DNA of 63,035 nt, the filler included, from Lenisia limosa (lineage: Eukaryota > Protista > Breviatea): the NCBI GenBank assembly GCA_001655205.1. It is 15 parts of 15 records of this genome, joined end to end, with 100 filler letters (N's around TTAATTAATTAA, not from the genome) between each part and the next. Parts side by side here need not be neighbours in the genome. Positions count along the whole stretch, not along the records: positions 28,697 to 36,584 come from LPNZ01010364.1; positions 36,685 to 39,046 come from LPNZ01003123.1; positions 39,147 to 43,485 come from LPNZ01004668.1; positions 43,586 to 49,886 come from LPNZ01011708.1; 11 more parts are not named here. One strand, written 5' to 3'. The first letter of the stretch is position 1, and every line of letters starts with the position of its first letter. Under the pieces are notes generated by a model. It made no database searches. It saw only the letters and a list, made by a program, of their open reading frames with translations, and was not told the origin of the DNA. Shown piece after piece: positions 35,701 to 48,409 of this stretch. Both the position numbers and the translations under genes were made by a program.

Positions 35701-36258
35701 ATATGAAAGGCCATATAATATATGTTCAATGTTAGATATGTAATAATCTAGATAATAACACCATTACTATGTCAAAAGTAAATGTAAACTGCTAGTATCC
35801 ATGGAAAACTCGCCCCTTCCCTTTTACTTACATACCTGTCTGTCTCTGGAGAGAACCTTGAAACACATCACAATAGTTTGGAGACGGCAGCTTGGGCGGT
35901 AGCGAAAGTCTAACACAAAACAATTAACTTATAGCTTATAAACAAAAAGGAAAAAATATGTATGTTACTCAGTGACCAGGATAAGTCTTGACCGATTTAC
36001 TCTGTGGTTTCACAAGGAAAATCGGTGAAGACTTCTCCTGGTCACTAAATATTAATACTGTCGTTAACAACAAAATTTTAAAGGCAATGACATCCATAAA
36101 GGGTTTAATGTTAGATACGTACATGTATATCATATTAAAGAGAGTCGTAAACTACTTTAAAGGGAAAGGTAGCCGGACTACCTAGTAGGCTTGCCAGACG
36201 CATAGAGGCGCCAGGGGTACGGCTGATTGTTCCAATCCATACCAGACGACAAAGAAAA
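29721..36258 (-). CDS. SagB/ThcOx-family (duplicated-domain) nitroreductase; 5' truncated, at least 13 exons
   Basis: Collinear motifs: MDWNNQPYPWRLY (about 36185-36258), RVNPSSGNLHPTEVY (about 34960-35000), WRESWKYGERAYRYVHLDCGHA (34310-34400), VSLAVFVHNVEGVDPG|VYYVPRN, YPWLFHEAGAIGQALYLSATAAAFSGTGIG|CFLD (30510-30625) and IGKPLVDRRITTEPAYPNVQE* (29786-29721). Confidence 0.9.
31034..31107. mobile_element. hAT-type MITE (family A2, internally deleted)
   Basis: TAGGGGTTCCCTAC...GTAGAGAAGCCCTA with flanks GGTAAAAC/GGTATAAC (7 of 8 match). Confidence 0.7.
32959..33037. mobile_element. Tc1/mariner-type MITE (family C)
   Basis: About 28-bp TIRs CAGCGACCGGGATAAGTCTTGACCGAT...ATCGGCCAAGACTAATCCCAGTCACTG, flanked by TA on both sides. 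Confidence 0.75.
34766..34864. mobile_element. hAT-type MITE (family A1)
   Basis: TIR CACTTCGGTTCG...CGAACCGAAGTGAAGCC with flanks CTTATGAA/GTTATGAA (7 of 8 match). Confidence 0.75.
35970..36047. mobile_element. Tc1/mariner-type MITE (family C)
   Basis: CAGTGACCAGGATAAGTCTTGACCGATTT...AAATCGGTGAAGACTTCTCCTGGTCACT. Confidence 0.7.
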
Positions 36259-36280
36259 CTGGTTGACTGCGGAATATTAT

Positions 36281-36390
36281 AAAGCAATGAGAAATGAAAA
36301 AAAAAATTGTGTCTGGCCGAAGCCGTCGACTCCATCACGCTTATAAGAGATATTGAATTATAATATAATCTTAATTCACCCAATCATTTA
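36281..36390 (+). repeat. Interspersed repeat family B
   Basis: Matches 11726-11842 along its length. Confidence 0.8.
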
Positions 36391-36712
36391 CTTGGAAATA
36401 TTAGTCATAGAGATCTCAAAATAAAATGTTGCATTCAATCATTGATTTTATTATGATCCAGTCAACCGCGTATAGAATTAGGATATTATGATAATCACCA
36501 CCAATACTACCACAGATATATACTGTATATAAGTGGCCGAGTTTGGCCTTGACCGCGTATTTGGCCTTGACCGCGTATCTGGCCNNNNNNNNNNNNNNNN
36601 NNNNNNNNNNNNNNNNNNNNNNNNNNNNTTAATTAATTAANNNNNNNNNNNNNNNNNNNNNNNNNNNNNNNNNNNNNNNNNNNNATTCCCTCTTGTTATT
36701 CACTATTCTTAG

Positions 36713-38440
36713 GGTGGCAGACCTCACTCGCAGCGTCCCGAACACCTCAAAGTGGGTCCCCGGGGGTACTCGGTTTATTACATGGGATGCGGTGCTGCAG
36801 AAGAGACTGCTTGGCGTTGTTTGTTTTATTGTTTTCAACCCTCATGTGTATGTGTGTATGTGTGTGTGTGTTGCTAGCCAACAGAGTTGACTTTGGGCTT
36901 TTTTGTTTTGCAATTTTTCCAATTTGCCCCGCCTTTCTATGTATGTATTACATACACATGTACGTATACTTAATCATATCCAACACTTATTACCTCTTCC
37001 TCCCTTAGAGTACCCTATAACCCATGCACCAGACCGTCAGACGAGAGTCGAGTATCCTCGTCTGCTCCCCGCCCCCTCGTGAGGCAACAAGACACCTTCA
37101 ACAAGACTTATGAGCACTTCCAGACCCTAGTGGTGGGGGTAGGGGCAAGTCTCGAGTTTTCATGGAAATTCCATGGAATTTTGTCAGTTGTTTTCGAAAA
37201 TTGATTCAGCTTCCACCATATATATTATCACATTACATTCCCCCCCCCCCCNNNNNNNNNNNNNNNNNNNNNNNNNNNNNNNNNNNNNNNNNNNNNNNNN
37301 NNNNNNNNNNNNNNNNNNNNNNNNNNNNNNNNNNNNNNNNNNNNNNNNNNNNNNNNNNNNNNNNNNNNNNNNNNNNNNNNNNNNTTATCTTGTTAGATGT
37401 AGTTTCTTGATAAATCCTCAATAAATATTTAATATTTACATTGTTTTTTGGACCCAAAGGACCATTGGGTTGGCACTTACATCTTGCAGCAGCGCAGAGA
37501 GCTGCAGCCATTTGATGATAGCAGCGGGGCTGTGACGCATAGGGAGCACAGAGAAAAGCCTCGGAAGAAAGGTTGGCAAGACTCAATCATCGGCATGCTT
37601 TTCCTTTTTAGAGTTAAACTCAGGAAAGGGAGTAGATCTGAAGGGAAGTATGCTTCAGCTTTATCCCCCACATTAATCATCAAAGTACCGAATGGATGTA
37701 TTAAAGAAAACCCGCCGTCATATTATATAGTTGAGCGAGAGCGGCCTAAAAATCCGGGTACCTCGGGGAGCCCACGAAAGCCGCATCGAAACGCCGGTGT
37801 GTTTGCGGAGATTGAAGATCAGTTAGATCAACTTCGGAGGAACCCTGACCAAATGGAGGCCTTTCAAAAGGCTGTCGGTATGGGGGGNNNNNNNNNNNNN
37901 NNNNNNNNNNNNNNNGATGTTCTGGATAAATATCGATAGTGTTTTGCTTTTTTGAAGATGAAATCTAGCTCTGTTTAGCTTAGGAATAATATTATTTACA
38001 TTTTAGCCGAGGATCAACAGTCGCGAAAAGTCCAGTCTTCAAGTGCAGTTGACCTCATTCACGCTAACATGGCAAAACAGTCGCTTTATAAGCCGTCAAT
38101 ACGACGACGAACGTTGGCGAAGGCGGTAGGAGGCGTGTGCTTATGAGAGCTTGGCCTTCTCTTCCATAAATTCTCGATAAATCCTCTAAATGTCGAATAT
38201 TAACGTCTTGTTGGTTATTATGAACGCGATGATGTGGACGGCTTCGGCCTGATACCATCTTGTTTTGTTTCTCATTTCAACAGAGATGATATATTTTGTC
38301 CTTTATTCATATAATTCCTTCAGAGGAGTACTGTAGTATTGTGTTAATATATGTTCAAAAAGGTTTAATGCTATTTCCATTTCCCCTTGATTCCCCAGAG
38401 AGCGGATAACAACGAGCACCGAGACAGTGTTTATAAGCAG
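36713..38440 (+). CDS. Multi-exon fragment of an unknown charged protein
   Basis: Open AG/GT exons at about 37457-37570 (DHWVGTYILQQRREL...), 37731-37878, 38008-38125 and 38399-38440. No domain recognised. The first putative exon overlaps repeat family D. Confidence 0.45.
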
Positions 38441-38675
38441 GTTGGGGGGGAGGGGGGATAGGACTTGTAGTGCCGCTGTTTATTGAATCAAGGGAACTAT
38501 GTATAGCTAGATGTCAATCTTTTCCCAGCTTTTCAAATGTAATTTTAGTTCAGAGTAGATGGAGGGCTTCCCTAAATCCCCAAACCTTTTCTATCCCAAT
38601 TCTCCTTTCATGCTACTTAGGGCCAAAGCAACTTCCTGTCACACCATCATGATTTGTCAACAAAAATGGACGCCA

Positions 38676-38770
38676 GAGACTTCAAAAGGATACGGGTAGG
38701 GTGGGATGAGACTTCAAAAGGATACGGGTATGGGATGAGACTTCAAAAGGATACGGGTATGGGATGAGAT
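38676..38770. repeat. Tandem repeat, about 29-bp unit x3
   Basis: GAGACTTCAAAAGGATACGGGTATGGGAT is directly repeated with no unique spacers. Confidence 0.85.
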
Positions 38771-38775
38771 ATGAT

Positions 38776-38873
38776 AAGGGCTTAACTTCGGTTCCAAAAA
38801 TAATGGCAAAATATCGATAGTTTTCGAGGTTTTATCGAGATTCAGTCTTTTTTCGAACCGAAGCGAAGCTCTA
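38776..38873. mobile_element. hAT-type MITE (family A1)
   Basis: AAGGGCTTAACTTCGGTTC...GAACCGAAGCGAAGCTCTA with a perfect TSD GATATGAT. Confidence 0.8.
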
Positions 38874-38949
38874 GATATGATATGAAAAGAAGATTATGAT
38901 GGGCCTTTTGGGTTGGGGATGTGTACGGTGACTCACGGCAAATGAAGGA

Positions 38950-39046
38950 TGACATGGAAGGGTGGGAGTTGGAAGGGACACATGGGAAGGGTGGGAGTTG
39001 GAAGGGACATGGAGGATGACATGGGAAGGGTGGGAGTTGGAGGGAC
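38950..39046. repeat. G-rich minisatellite
   Basis: CATGG(G)AAGGGTGGGAGTTGGA(A)GGGAC occurs about 3 times at the scaffold end. Confidence 0.75.
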
Positions 39047-39267
39047 NNNNNNNNNNNNNNNNNNNNNNNNNNNNNNNNNNNNNNNNNNNNTTAATTAATT
39101 AANNNNNNNNNNNNNNNNNNNNNNNNNNNNNNNNNNNNNNNNNNNNATTTTTAAAAAGTGGGTACGGTTATGTGGCTGGGTACGGTTATGTGGGGTCACC
39201 TATATGATATATATATAGAGAAAATTATTATACATGGAAATGAAATGGTTGCTCATGTGCTATCTAG

Positions 39268-42200
39268 AATGTTGAGGAGGCAATTGACGCCGCCATTGAC
39301 GAAATATGCACCAAGGTTGGTGACTTTCTGTTGTTATTCCTGGGGTTTACCTCAGGGTTCATCATCATAATAATTAATACTGTTAATAACCTCACCAGGG
39401 AGTACCCACTGAGCAAAATACGGCAGCCCTCCACCAGCTTGAAATGGCGCTGAGGGCCAGACCCGCCGACTTCGGGCTACAGCTTGCTATGAGTATGCTG
39501 AGAATAATCTTCTACGGTGAAACTATCACTACCCTTTTACACAACCATAAACGAACTATCACCCCCCCCCCCCCNNNNNNNNNNNNNNNNNNNNNNNNNN
39601 NNNNNNNNNNNNNNNNNNNNNNNNNNNNNNNNNNNNNNNNNNNNNNNNNNNNNNNNNNNNNNNNNNNNNNNNNNNNNCGATGTTTCTGACGCTCTGGCTG
39701 TCCATCGCAAACTTGAGTCATGGAGGGAAAACTCACAAGACCCAGGTGGAATGGGGTAATACCTCTGTGTTCTCAATCTTAAGAGTGAAAGTTGCATTAT
39801 ACATATTATTTGAATAGTAGGACTACAACTAAGCAATCTTGGATTTCTCCAGGATTGGTATGTATCTAGAGCATTCTAATGTCACTATTTTTAGAATTCA
39901 TTCCAACACTTGCCAAAACAGCCTTCCGACAACCCGACATGAACATCCGCGTTCGTTCCGAAGCCATAGAGGACTACTCTCACAATGAGCAAAATGATGA
40001 AAATGCAAGACTGACTGCCCTTCACCAAGGCTTCTCTCAGGTTAGTGAGATACCATTGTCCCTCTTTGACTGATTTAAACCATTCCCTACTATCATATGC
40101 GTAATCATATTTCCTGATTTGGATTTTTTTGTACACTTTGTGTGAATCACACAGAATGACCTTGATGCCATTGAGGCAAGCGAATCTCTACTCGAAACTC
40201 GACAGTTGTCAGATTGTGACTTCTCATGTTTACCCTCCCTCTCTGTTTCTGATATCCCAATAAGCCCGGTTGGTTTGTGGTAAAGAATCTTTTGTGAAGG
40301 TTTCACTCTATGAGCTTCAGAGATTAATAGGGTTCTAAATATTATGACCTCCCCTTAGTTTATATTTATGACAGCCTCCATATTTACATCATAACTCCCA
40401 CAGGTATTTTCCCCGGCGTATGACTTCAACCTTGCATCCGTCCCAATAACCACCCACATTGAGCCCACCAACGGGATGGTTCATCTCCGCCTCTCTATTT
40501 CCGCTGACAAGGTCCCAGCTAACCTGATTTACTATCTTCCCCTCTACACTTCGGTATGAGACGCCTGTCTGGGAAAAGATTTATTATATTATGTATAATA
40601 TATTCTTTATTTCACAAGGGAGTGGTGCTTTGTCTTCGAACTCTTACTTAACTTCCAAAAGGATGTGTAAAATCGTAATTTAATGTCACATTTATTTTTC
40701 AAGAGAGCGATTTGTTACAATGATCCCCCAGCTCCTCACCCAGCTGCCCAGTGGTGACCAAACCTACGCCGAAGTTAGCCAGTCTATTGCTAACACCACT
40801 GCCGGAATTAAAGTTCAGGCTGGTTGTGTTTCCCGACTCAACGGTGAGAGCAAAAACGGCAATATGCTCCGTTTTTCTTTGTGTTACTCTTGTGTTGGGC
40901 TCTATTTGGTTCTTATTAACAACCATTAGAACCGTCTTCAATTGTTGTCGGGGTTCAAACTTCCTGTCTTGCCAAGGATGTTGCTAAAACGGTGAAGCTT
41001 CTCCAGCAGGTATTTGATTGGAGCTTTCATTATTTGAAAATTTTATCATCAGCAAGCATTGTATTTCTCTTGTCATATCCCTTACATTTGAGATCCTCTT
41101 CAAGCTCAAAATCCAATCCGATCCTTCTAGAGTCGCCAACCTTATTGCAATGGTTGGTTGCGAAGCATGGTGGTGATTATCTTATTATCCATTCGTTCCT
41201 CAAACCGATATTCTTCCAAGTTAGGTAGCAATTCATTACACCAATTTCACGTCTACAGTACATACATATTTTTTTTCATCTTAAGTCTTCTGTCCAAATC
41301 GATTTAATTGCCCAGGCTGCTGCGTCTGGTCGTCAGGCTATCCCCAATGTGGGCCATCGTCTGGCACTGTCCAGGGCGTCGTCCACCCTCTCGTACTGTT
41401 CGGTGGGTGCTTTAAATGTCGTGTTCTTTCGCGACAGGAACATGGAATGAGTATCATATGATATGCTGAACTATCAATGGTCTCTTTCAAATAGATATTG
41501 TGATGTAATACTTGATACAATAATAATTGCTCTGATATTCCCATTTACCTTCCAGTCAGCGTCTGAAGCACTCCATGGCCTGTCCAATATCCATTTTATG
41601 CAAAACTTACTTGAAGTAGGCTGGTAATATCATATGCATTGATATCACGACATCTTATCTGAATACGCATTAAGCCATTCCCACTCTTTAGACCCCAGTT
41701 GAGGAAGTTATGGCGGCTTTAACAATTGTCCACAATAGTATTCTTGCCAACGCGTCAGGTTTGTTTGATATGTTTTTGAAAACTCGGAAATAATTATGTC
41801 AGTGTGAACATTTGAAGTCAAAACGAATTTTCTGAATAAGTTTAGATAAATATCGGTAGTTTATGTGCATTTTTATGAGATTCCTTCTCAGTTTTTGATA
41901 ATAGTGTCTTATTTTTCGTTTTTAGAAGCGGTTGGCACCTCCGCTTCTGCCATCAATGGGCTCCATGTTTCAGATGTACGTCAGACTGGTTAAAATTCTT
42001 TGAATAATTGTAACTGACGTTCCACATATATCACTGACCTTCTCTAGTCCGCTGCAACGTTGCCGAGGTCACCTCTCAGCATGCACATAGTGTCTGGTAA
42101 CCAGGCAGATTCAAGAAGTATATCAGGTGCCCTGCAGGATGAACTGCTCTCCTATTGGCCTACACGAGGCGGTAAGCGATGTATTGGCTTCAGCTCATTT

Positions 42201-43460
42201 TTTGGTAAACCAAACCTGTTTTTATTGAAGATCAAATGGGGGGGGGGGGGNNNNNNNNNNNNNNNNNNNNNNNNNNNNNNNNNNNNNNNNNNNNNNNNNN
42301 NNNNNNNNNNNNNNNNNNNNNNNNNNNNNNNNNNNNNNNNNNNNNNNGCCACGAGGAGAAATCGATAAGAGATGCGTTGTCTTCCAAACTTCCAGATTCT
42401 GAAGTGGGTGCTAGATTTTTTAGATTTTTTGAAACCATTTTAATCATGTTGCTACTTTCTACTTGCCATTTCCGCTGCTGACATTTTTAGGACGACCTAT
42501 ATTTGAGTGGAGATGGGTTGACCGTTTCCTTTGCCGCTGCAGCTACCTCTGTTGCCAACTGGGATACCTACGATTACCTTCCTCTCACTGTAAGATGTGG
42601 ATGATTATTAATAATATTGATGTACCTTTCCCACCAACGTATGACAATCCTGGTTATCGACCACCCTCCAAGTTTTCCATGCATACCATCACAACATTTT
42701 CTTTCACTTTCATAAACTTTACAATTTGACCCCCCCCCCGCCCATAGGTCGGCGGACGGCTTCTGTCTTCATGCTACCTCCACCGAAATATTCGTGAAGC
42801 TGGAGGTGTGCGCGTGTTATTGCTCTTTCGGTTGATAACCTATCACATTCACAATTGTACTTTGCATTAAGTTGAAGCCTTTTTTTGACGAGTCAGGAGC
42901 TTACGGATGCGGTGCAACCGTGCGCCCAGACGGCGTGTTGGCTATGTATTCATATCGTGATCCTACTGGTGGGTAGGGTTTATTGGATGCTTTTCAACAA
43001 TAGCCAACCAGGATTGAATCATGTCTTGATTCATTTGCTATTCCTGTCAGATATTCGAGGAATGTTGCACTGATTGAATACAATCCCAGTATTGACTGCC
43101 CTCCACCAGGTATTCGGAGCCAGGAAGTGTTTTCTGAGGGGTTGGAGTGGCTCAAAGCAGGCAACTTCACTGAGAATGACGTTGATGAGGCTCTCTTGTC
43201 GCTTTTCAAGGATATTGGTTCGTGGACTAGGATGTACAAAATACCATTTACTATTAAAATGGGATAGGTCATACAAAGGTGAATGACCTTGATTGGATCC
43301 GTGACAGCTACATATCATACCCTTTGATACATCAAAATATTTCTTATAGAGTCAAAAGAGTCGGTTAAACAACTTTTCACGTTTCAGACTCTCCTGTTGC
43401 TCCAGAAGATGTCGGAATAGTTCGATTCAACAACGGGATCTCCGATCAGGAACGGCAGAA
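39268..43460 (+). CDS. PITRM1: Presequence protease (pitrilysin metallopeptidase M16C), C-terminal two-thirds; partial
   Basis: Exons give ALHQLEMALRARPADFGL (about 39415), EPTNGMVHLR...YLPLYTS (40405-40555), AIPNVGHRLA (41330), YLHRNIREAG|GAYGCGA...MYSYRDP (42750-42970), WLKAGNFTENDVDEALLSLF and DSPVAP...GISD (43390-43460). All are collinear with the PreP/PITRM1 family. Confidence 0.9.
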
Positions 43461-43629
43461 GTAGGTGGCTCTGTTTTGAGATTAGNNNNNNNNNNNNNNN
43501 NNNNNNNNNNNNNNNNNNNNNNNNNNNNNTTAATTAATTAANNNNNNNNNNNNNNNNNNNNNNNNNNNNNNNNNNNNNNNNNNNNCTGGCAACACACGAG
43601 GGTTGATAGCGACAAACATAAGCCCTCCC

Positions 43630-46600
43630 ACCTCTAGCTGTAAACTGTAGCCCTGGTCAGCATCACAAGGAGCAGAGAGAGCTGCAGAAGCCAAGCCGAG
43701 GAAGTGGGAAAGAGCTGGGCCAACTTTCTCTTCTGAAAACAGTTAGTGATTGGCTTATTCTTCTGACAATAATTAGTAAAAAACTTTTTGACAATAATTG
43801 GTGATCAACTTTCTCTCCTGACAATAATTGGTGATCAACTTTCTCTTCTGACAATAATTGGTGATCAACTTTCACTAAGGCAAAATAAATCTTGATCAAC
43901 TTTCTCTCCTAGCTTTCTTCATACCACTATCACTTTTAGAAGATTTTTTCCACGTGTGAACTATCATTTTCCACGCAGTGATATCACACCTTAAATCCAC
44001 TCGTGTGATAATTGACCAAAAAGTCTCAATGGTACCCTGATACACTCGGAATGAATCCTCGTGTTATCTTTGTTCATCCCTTTGACTTGAAAGCCTCGCA
44101 TACTCATGGCCCCAATATTAGCGTCATTTCCAGCTGATGAGAGGCAAAGCAGGTAGGGCTTCACTTCGGTTCGAAAAAAGACTGAATTTCTGGATAAATC
44201 CTCGAAAACTCCCGATATTTTCCCGAACCGAAGTGAAGCCTTCCTTGTGAAATGGAATTACCTACCAACAATACCCACTACCTGATCATATATATTAATA
44301 GTATCACCAATATCATATCATATTTAAATCCAGTCAGAGCCTCGCATACTCATGGCCTCGGTATCAGCGTCATTTTCAGCCGAAGAGAGGCAAAGCAGTT
44401 CTAAGACATTCGCAAAGGTGCGGAAGGCTAGCGTCTGGGGGTGGGGGTGTAAATGGAATAACTGTATACTTATGGCAATTGATTGGAGAATAATATTATT
44501 CTATCACTTAGAAGTAAGATCTTGGTGTGGAGGGCAAACACAACCTTGTTTCATTTCTTTTGAAACAAAAAAGATGGAAAATCGAATCTGCTAGCTAAGC
44601 ATTTGATGGAAATGACCTTAAACTCGAATATAAAAAGACGCAATAAACTAACCTTCAACTCAACCTTCAGAGACTCGGTGGTGACGATTTGTGACAGCAT
44701 TGGAACCAGGTTGTAAACCTCGGCCGCTGGAGCAGTCAGAAGAAAAATAGGAGGGTGAGGGGGGACAAGCTAGAATTGAGGGTTTAGGGAGGGGTAAATC
44801 GGAAAATTTATGAAACAAAAAAAAAGCCCAAAATAACGCTGTTAACTACAAAACAAACAAAACTCAGGCCTGTCGCTTCTGCAGCACCGCATCCCAATGT
44901 TTTTCCAACTACCAGAGACACTGATCATAGAAAAGCCGTTCGTAAGTTAAAAACCCCAGTTTATGGGATATATATGTATATTGCCGGGTATATCAAGGAA
45001 AAGCATGAAAAAAAAAGCGGATTAGTTTATTTTTGGTTTCTAGTAGCCCTATGTATTTAATTGTTCCATATTTTTATTTAATGTTTTTCTTGACCCCAAG
45101 GAGGGGATGGAATGGGAGAACCCGGGGTTGCAACCCCGTACCGGACGTATCATCAAGGCCGGTGATGACCTCAGCCAAACACGTCAATGCGCCGACGTGG
45201 CGCGAACTTGTTCCTGAGTGTCAAACTTTTAATAAATTATATATAAAATTTACACAGCTATATCATATCCCATGAATGTAACAACTTATACTGGGTGAAA
45301 GATGAGGGGATGGGGATGTTATTTGTGGAGATGAGAAATAATAATCCAATATTACTGAGTACTATAAAATAATACTGGTTTTTCTTATGATGATGATGAT
45401 GATGATAATGATGAGGGTCTTTTCTATTGATGCTATTACTGTTCGATGAATTACTTTTCTTGTATGATCATTACTTCCTTATGATGATCCTCACCAGTGG
45501 ATTGGAGTTCCGGTGAGGGTTGGAGCAAAGCCACCAAGCTGGCGAAGAGAGAAGGCCAAGCTTCCGGGAAGTCAAACTCCGCAATGGCCCCGATAATGAA
45601 TGCCTGATGGGAGTAAAATTGGAAGATTTATGAAACAACAATCCCAAATCAACTCTGTTGGATAACAACACGCAAGCGTTGATAACAACAAAACAAGCCC
45701 AGGCCAGTTGTTTNNNNNNNNNNNNNNNNNNNNNNNNNNNNNNNNNNNNNNNNNNNNNNNNNNNNNNNNNNNNNNNNNNNNNNNNNNNNNNNNNNNNNNN
45801 NNNNNNNNNNNNNNNNNNNNNNNNNNNNNNNNNNNNNNNNNNNNNNNNNNNNNNNNNNNNNNNNNNNNNNNNNNNNNNNNNNNNNNNNNNNNNNNNNNNN
45901 NNNNNNNNNNNNNNNNNNNNNNNNNNNNNNNNNNNNNNNNNNNNNNNNNNNNNTATATAGCAATGAGAAATAAAAAATAAGGTTGTGTCTGACCAAAGCC
46001 GTCCACACCATCTCGCTTCTAGTGAAAAATATTGGATTATAGTATAATATTAATTCACCCAATCATTTGCCTTACAACTCTGTGGACACAGTTTTCTGTG
46101 CGCCTCCCAAGCATATGATAGCGAGATAGCAATGCACCATAACCCACTGCTGCATTGCGAATTCCAACATGAGAATCTTCCAGGAACCTCAAGGCTGTTT
46201 GTCTAACCACTTCCTTCTCCTAAAAGAATGTCACATTCAAACAGATAAATCTCACTTAAAAATGTAGTTCAACTTGCAACTCCTATTACACAATATAATG
46301 ACCCTTTCAATACCAGAGTATTGTACGGCAGATTGAATAAATATTTTAACGCATTTTGGTAATAAGTAGAAACATGATCGTAACCCCTGTAATTTCAACC
46401 AGCATTGCTGCATTGTGGATTGAATTAATGAATGTATTATATTTTTCTGCTTAATTCCAACCCAAACCTGACTGTATATTGAATACACATGATTATTATT
46501 TTCCTNNNNNNNNNNNNNNNNNNNNNNNNNNNNNNNNNNNNNNNNNNNNNNNNNNNNNNNNNNNNNNNNNNNNNNNNNNNNNNNNNNNNNNNNNNNNNNN

Positions 46601-47896
46601 NNNNNNNNNNNNNNNNNNNNNNNNNNNNNNNNNNNNNNNNNNNNNNNNNNNNNNNNNNNNNNNNNNNNNNNNNNNNNNNNNNNNNNNNNNNNNNNNNNNN
46701 NNNNNTCAGTCTTTTTTCGAACCGATGTGAAGCTCTAGGGTTAATTAATCGCCAATTAATCGAAAAAAGGCCGTAGAAATATCAAAATAAACCCAATATT
46801 TTCCGGTTAAAAAAATCAGCGGTGTTTCGACAGGGTATGAATAAAGAGAAAAGTCGTAAAACGCATTCATCGCCCTCGATGTGACACCCCCCCCCCCNNN
46901 NNNNNNNNNNNNNNNNNNNNNNNNNNNNNNNNNNNNNNNNNNNNNNNNNNNNNNNNNNNNNNNNNNNNNNNNNNNNNNNNNNNNNNNNNNNNNNNNNNNN
47001 NNNNNNNNNNNNNCACAGGGTAACCTAAAATGTAAAAGGGCGTTTATGAATAAAATGCAGGGATAGAATACCAATAAAAAAAAAATAGGTCCATAAAATT
47101 GTTTTAAAAAAAACAAGAGCAAAAAAACAATACCGTCTTTCCGAAACCTTAAGTGAAGCTAGCCCACTTTCTATGTATACAGTAACCAGGGTAAGTCTTG
47201 CTATGATTTCTCGAGGAAAATCGGTCTAGACTATTCATGTTTCCTAAGATTATGCTACTGTTGTCTCCAAAATAAAAGTCAGAAAACAATATGGAATGTT
47301 ATTTCTGAAATTGATCATAAAATATGGAACATTTTTGAAAAATTATCATAAATTCAGCTCTTTTGAGGAGAAGTGAAGCCGTATGAACATAAAAAAAGAG
47401 ACATAACGCTTGCTTTCAAATACACCCCCTTGATTTAGCAAAAGTAACTAACCACTAACACCCACTTGTTTCAGCGGCATAAGCAACAAGAAGCCCAATG
47501 AGTTGAGGGCTTGGGTTCTCAAGAACCTTCTCCGCTTGTTGCCTAATAGCTGCGGTTGGCGAGAGAGCACCTTTGAGGAGCTTTAGGGTAAGATAATGGC
47601 TCCCTATCACAAACACGAGCTACTCAAAGAAAGCAACAAATCATGTGATCCAACAAGAGGGGTGGGTGATAGAAGACAACTCTCTGTTATTTTACTACAA
47701 AAGTAGCGAGTTATTTCAAAATACTAATGAAAGAGCATTGAGAGGGAAAGGCTTTACGTAAGTAGGTGAATTCAGCGCAGGTAAGAAGATTGGTGGTTTT
47801 ACTAGATGGAAATACAACTACAACTATTTCACAATGACATTAATCGAGGAGAGGGGCAGTTCCAAGACCTACCTGGCCGAGAGTTGCAAGATCCAT
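43630..47896 (-). CDS. IPO9: Importin-9-like karyopherin-beta, N-terminal part; 3' truncated
   Basis: Exons give MDLATLGQ|LLKGALSPTAAIRQQAEKVLE (47896, 47470-47580), EKEVVRQTALRFLEDSHVGIRNAAV (about 46140-46220), AFIIGAIAEFDFPEAWPSLF (45495-45602), GALTCLAEVI (about 45150-45210) and ELK|TLAFRTFANVLELLC (44345-44435). These match the importin-9 HEAT pattern. Confidence 0.78.
43791..43912. repeat. Tandem repeat, 30-bp unit x about 3 plus a degenerate copy
   Basis: ACAATAATTGGTGATCAACTTTCTCTCCTG is repeated within an importin-9 intron. Confidence 0.85.
44154..44243. mobile_element. hAT-type MITE (family A1)
   Basis: TAGGGCTTCACTTCGGTTCG...CGAACCGAAGTGAAGCC. No TSD found. Confidence 0.75.
45603..45710 (+). 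repeat. Interspersed repeat family D
   Basis: GGGAGTAAAATTGGAAGATTTATGAAACAA..CCCAAATCAACTCTGTTGG..AACAACACG..GTTGATAACAACAAAACAA. Similar copies lie at 22666-22770, 23188-23236 and 44790-44905, with inverted copies at 36782-36930 and 60610-60705. Confidence 0.75.
45955..46083 (+). repeat. Interspersed repeat family B
   Basis: Matches 11726-11842 including the 3' CCTTACAACTCTGT end. Confidence 0.85.
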
Positions 47897-48409
47897 GTTG
47901 TTTAGGGAGGTCATCTATGGTTCACCAACTGTCTATTCTTCTATGGCTGATGAGTAGCTCTTCTGTGTGCGTGTTATTTAAAGGAGCTGTGTTAAAAATA
48001 TATGTGGTGTAAAAGGCTTGAATGTAACAAATGTAAAGAAAATGTAACTGCAAGTGTCCATACCGCATATCACTCTTCATTCGTCATAATTCTTATCTTT
48101 CATACGTGTATTTATATACGCTCACATAGCTTTTCCCTCATTCCCTCATCTCTCAATCATCAACAATTTTGGTTCCAATTTCAAATGTAATCCTGTGGTA
48201 ATTACCGCTTTTGGTAATTAAACTGAATTGTTTAACCCGTCGAATGGCATCAACTTGCGAGCGAACTATGCATATTAGTGTGATCCCTGGGCGATCCTTA
48301 ACTCTCAGTAAATGCGAACTTCACGTGGGATCGTCATAATTTTTCTTTTTCAATCGTCGCAATAGTAGAATAAATGGTACGAGGGATTGATACTATTCTA
48401 CACTGTATA

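Noticed and set aside
38676-38770. 29-30-bp direct repeats here, at 43791 and at 49987 as CRISPR arrays
   Set aside because: The units are contiguous with no unique spacers, the context is eukaryotic introns, and there are no cas genes.
45128-45143. Perfect palindrome CGGGGTTGCAACCCCG just after an importin-9 donor site
   Set aside because: It is a single 16-bp occurrence with no recurrence, which is compatible with chance.
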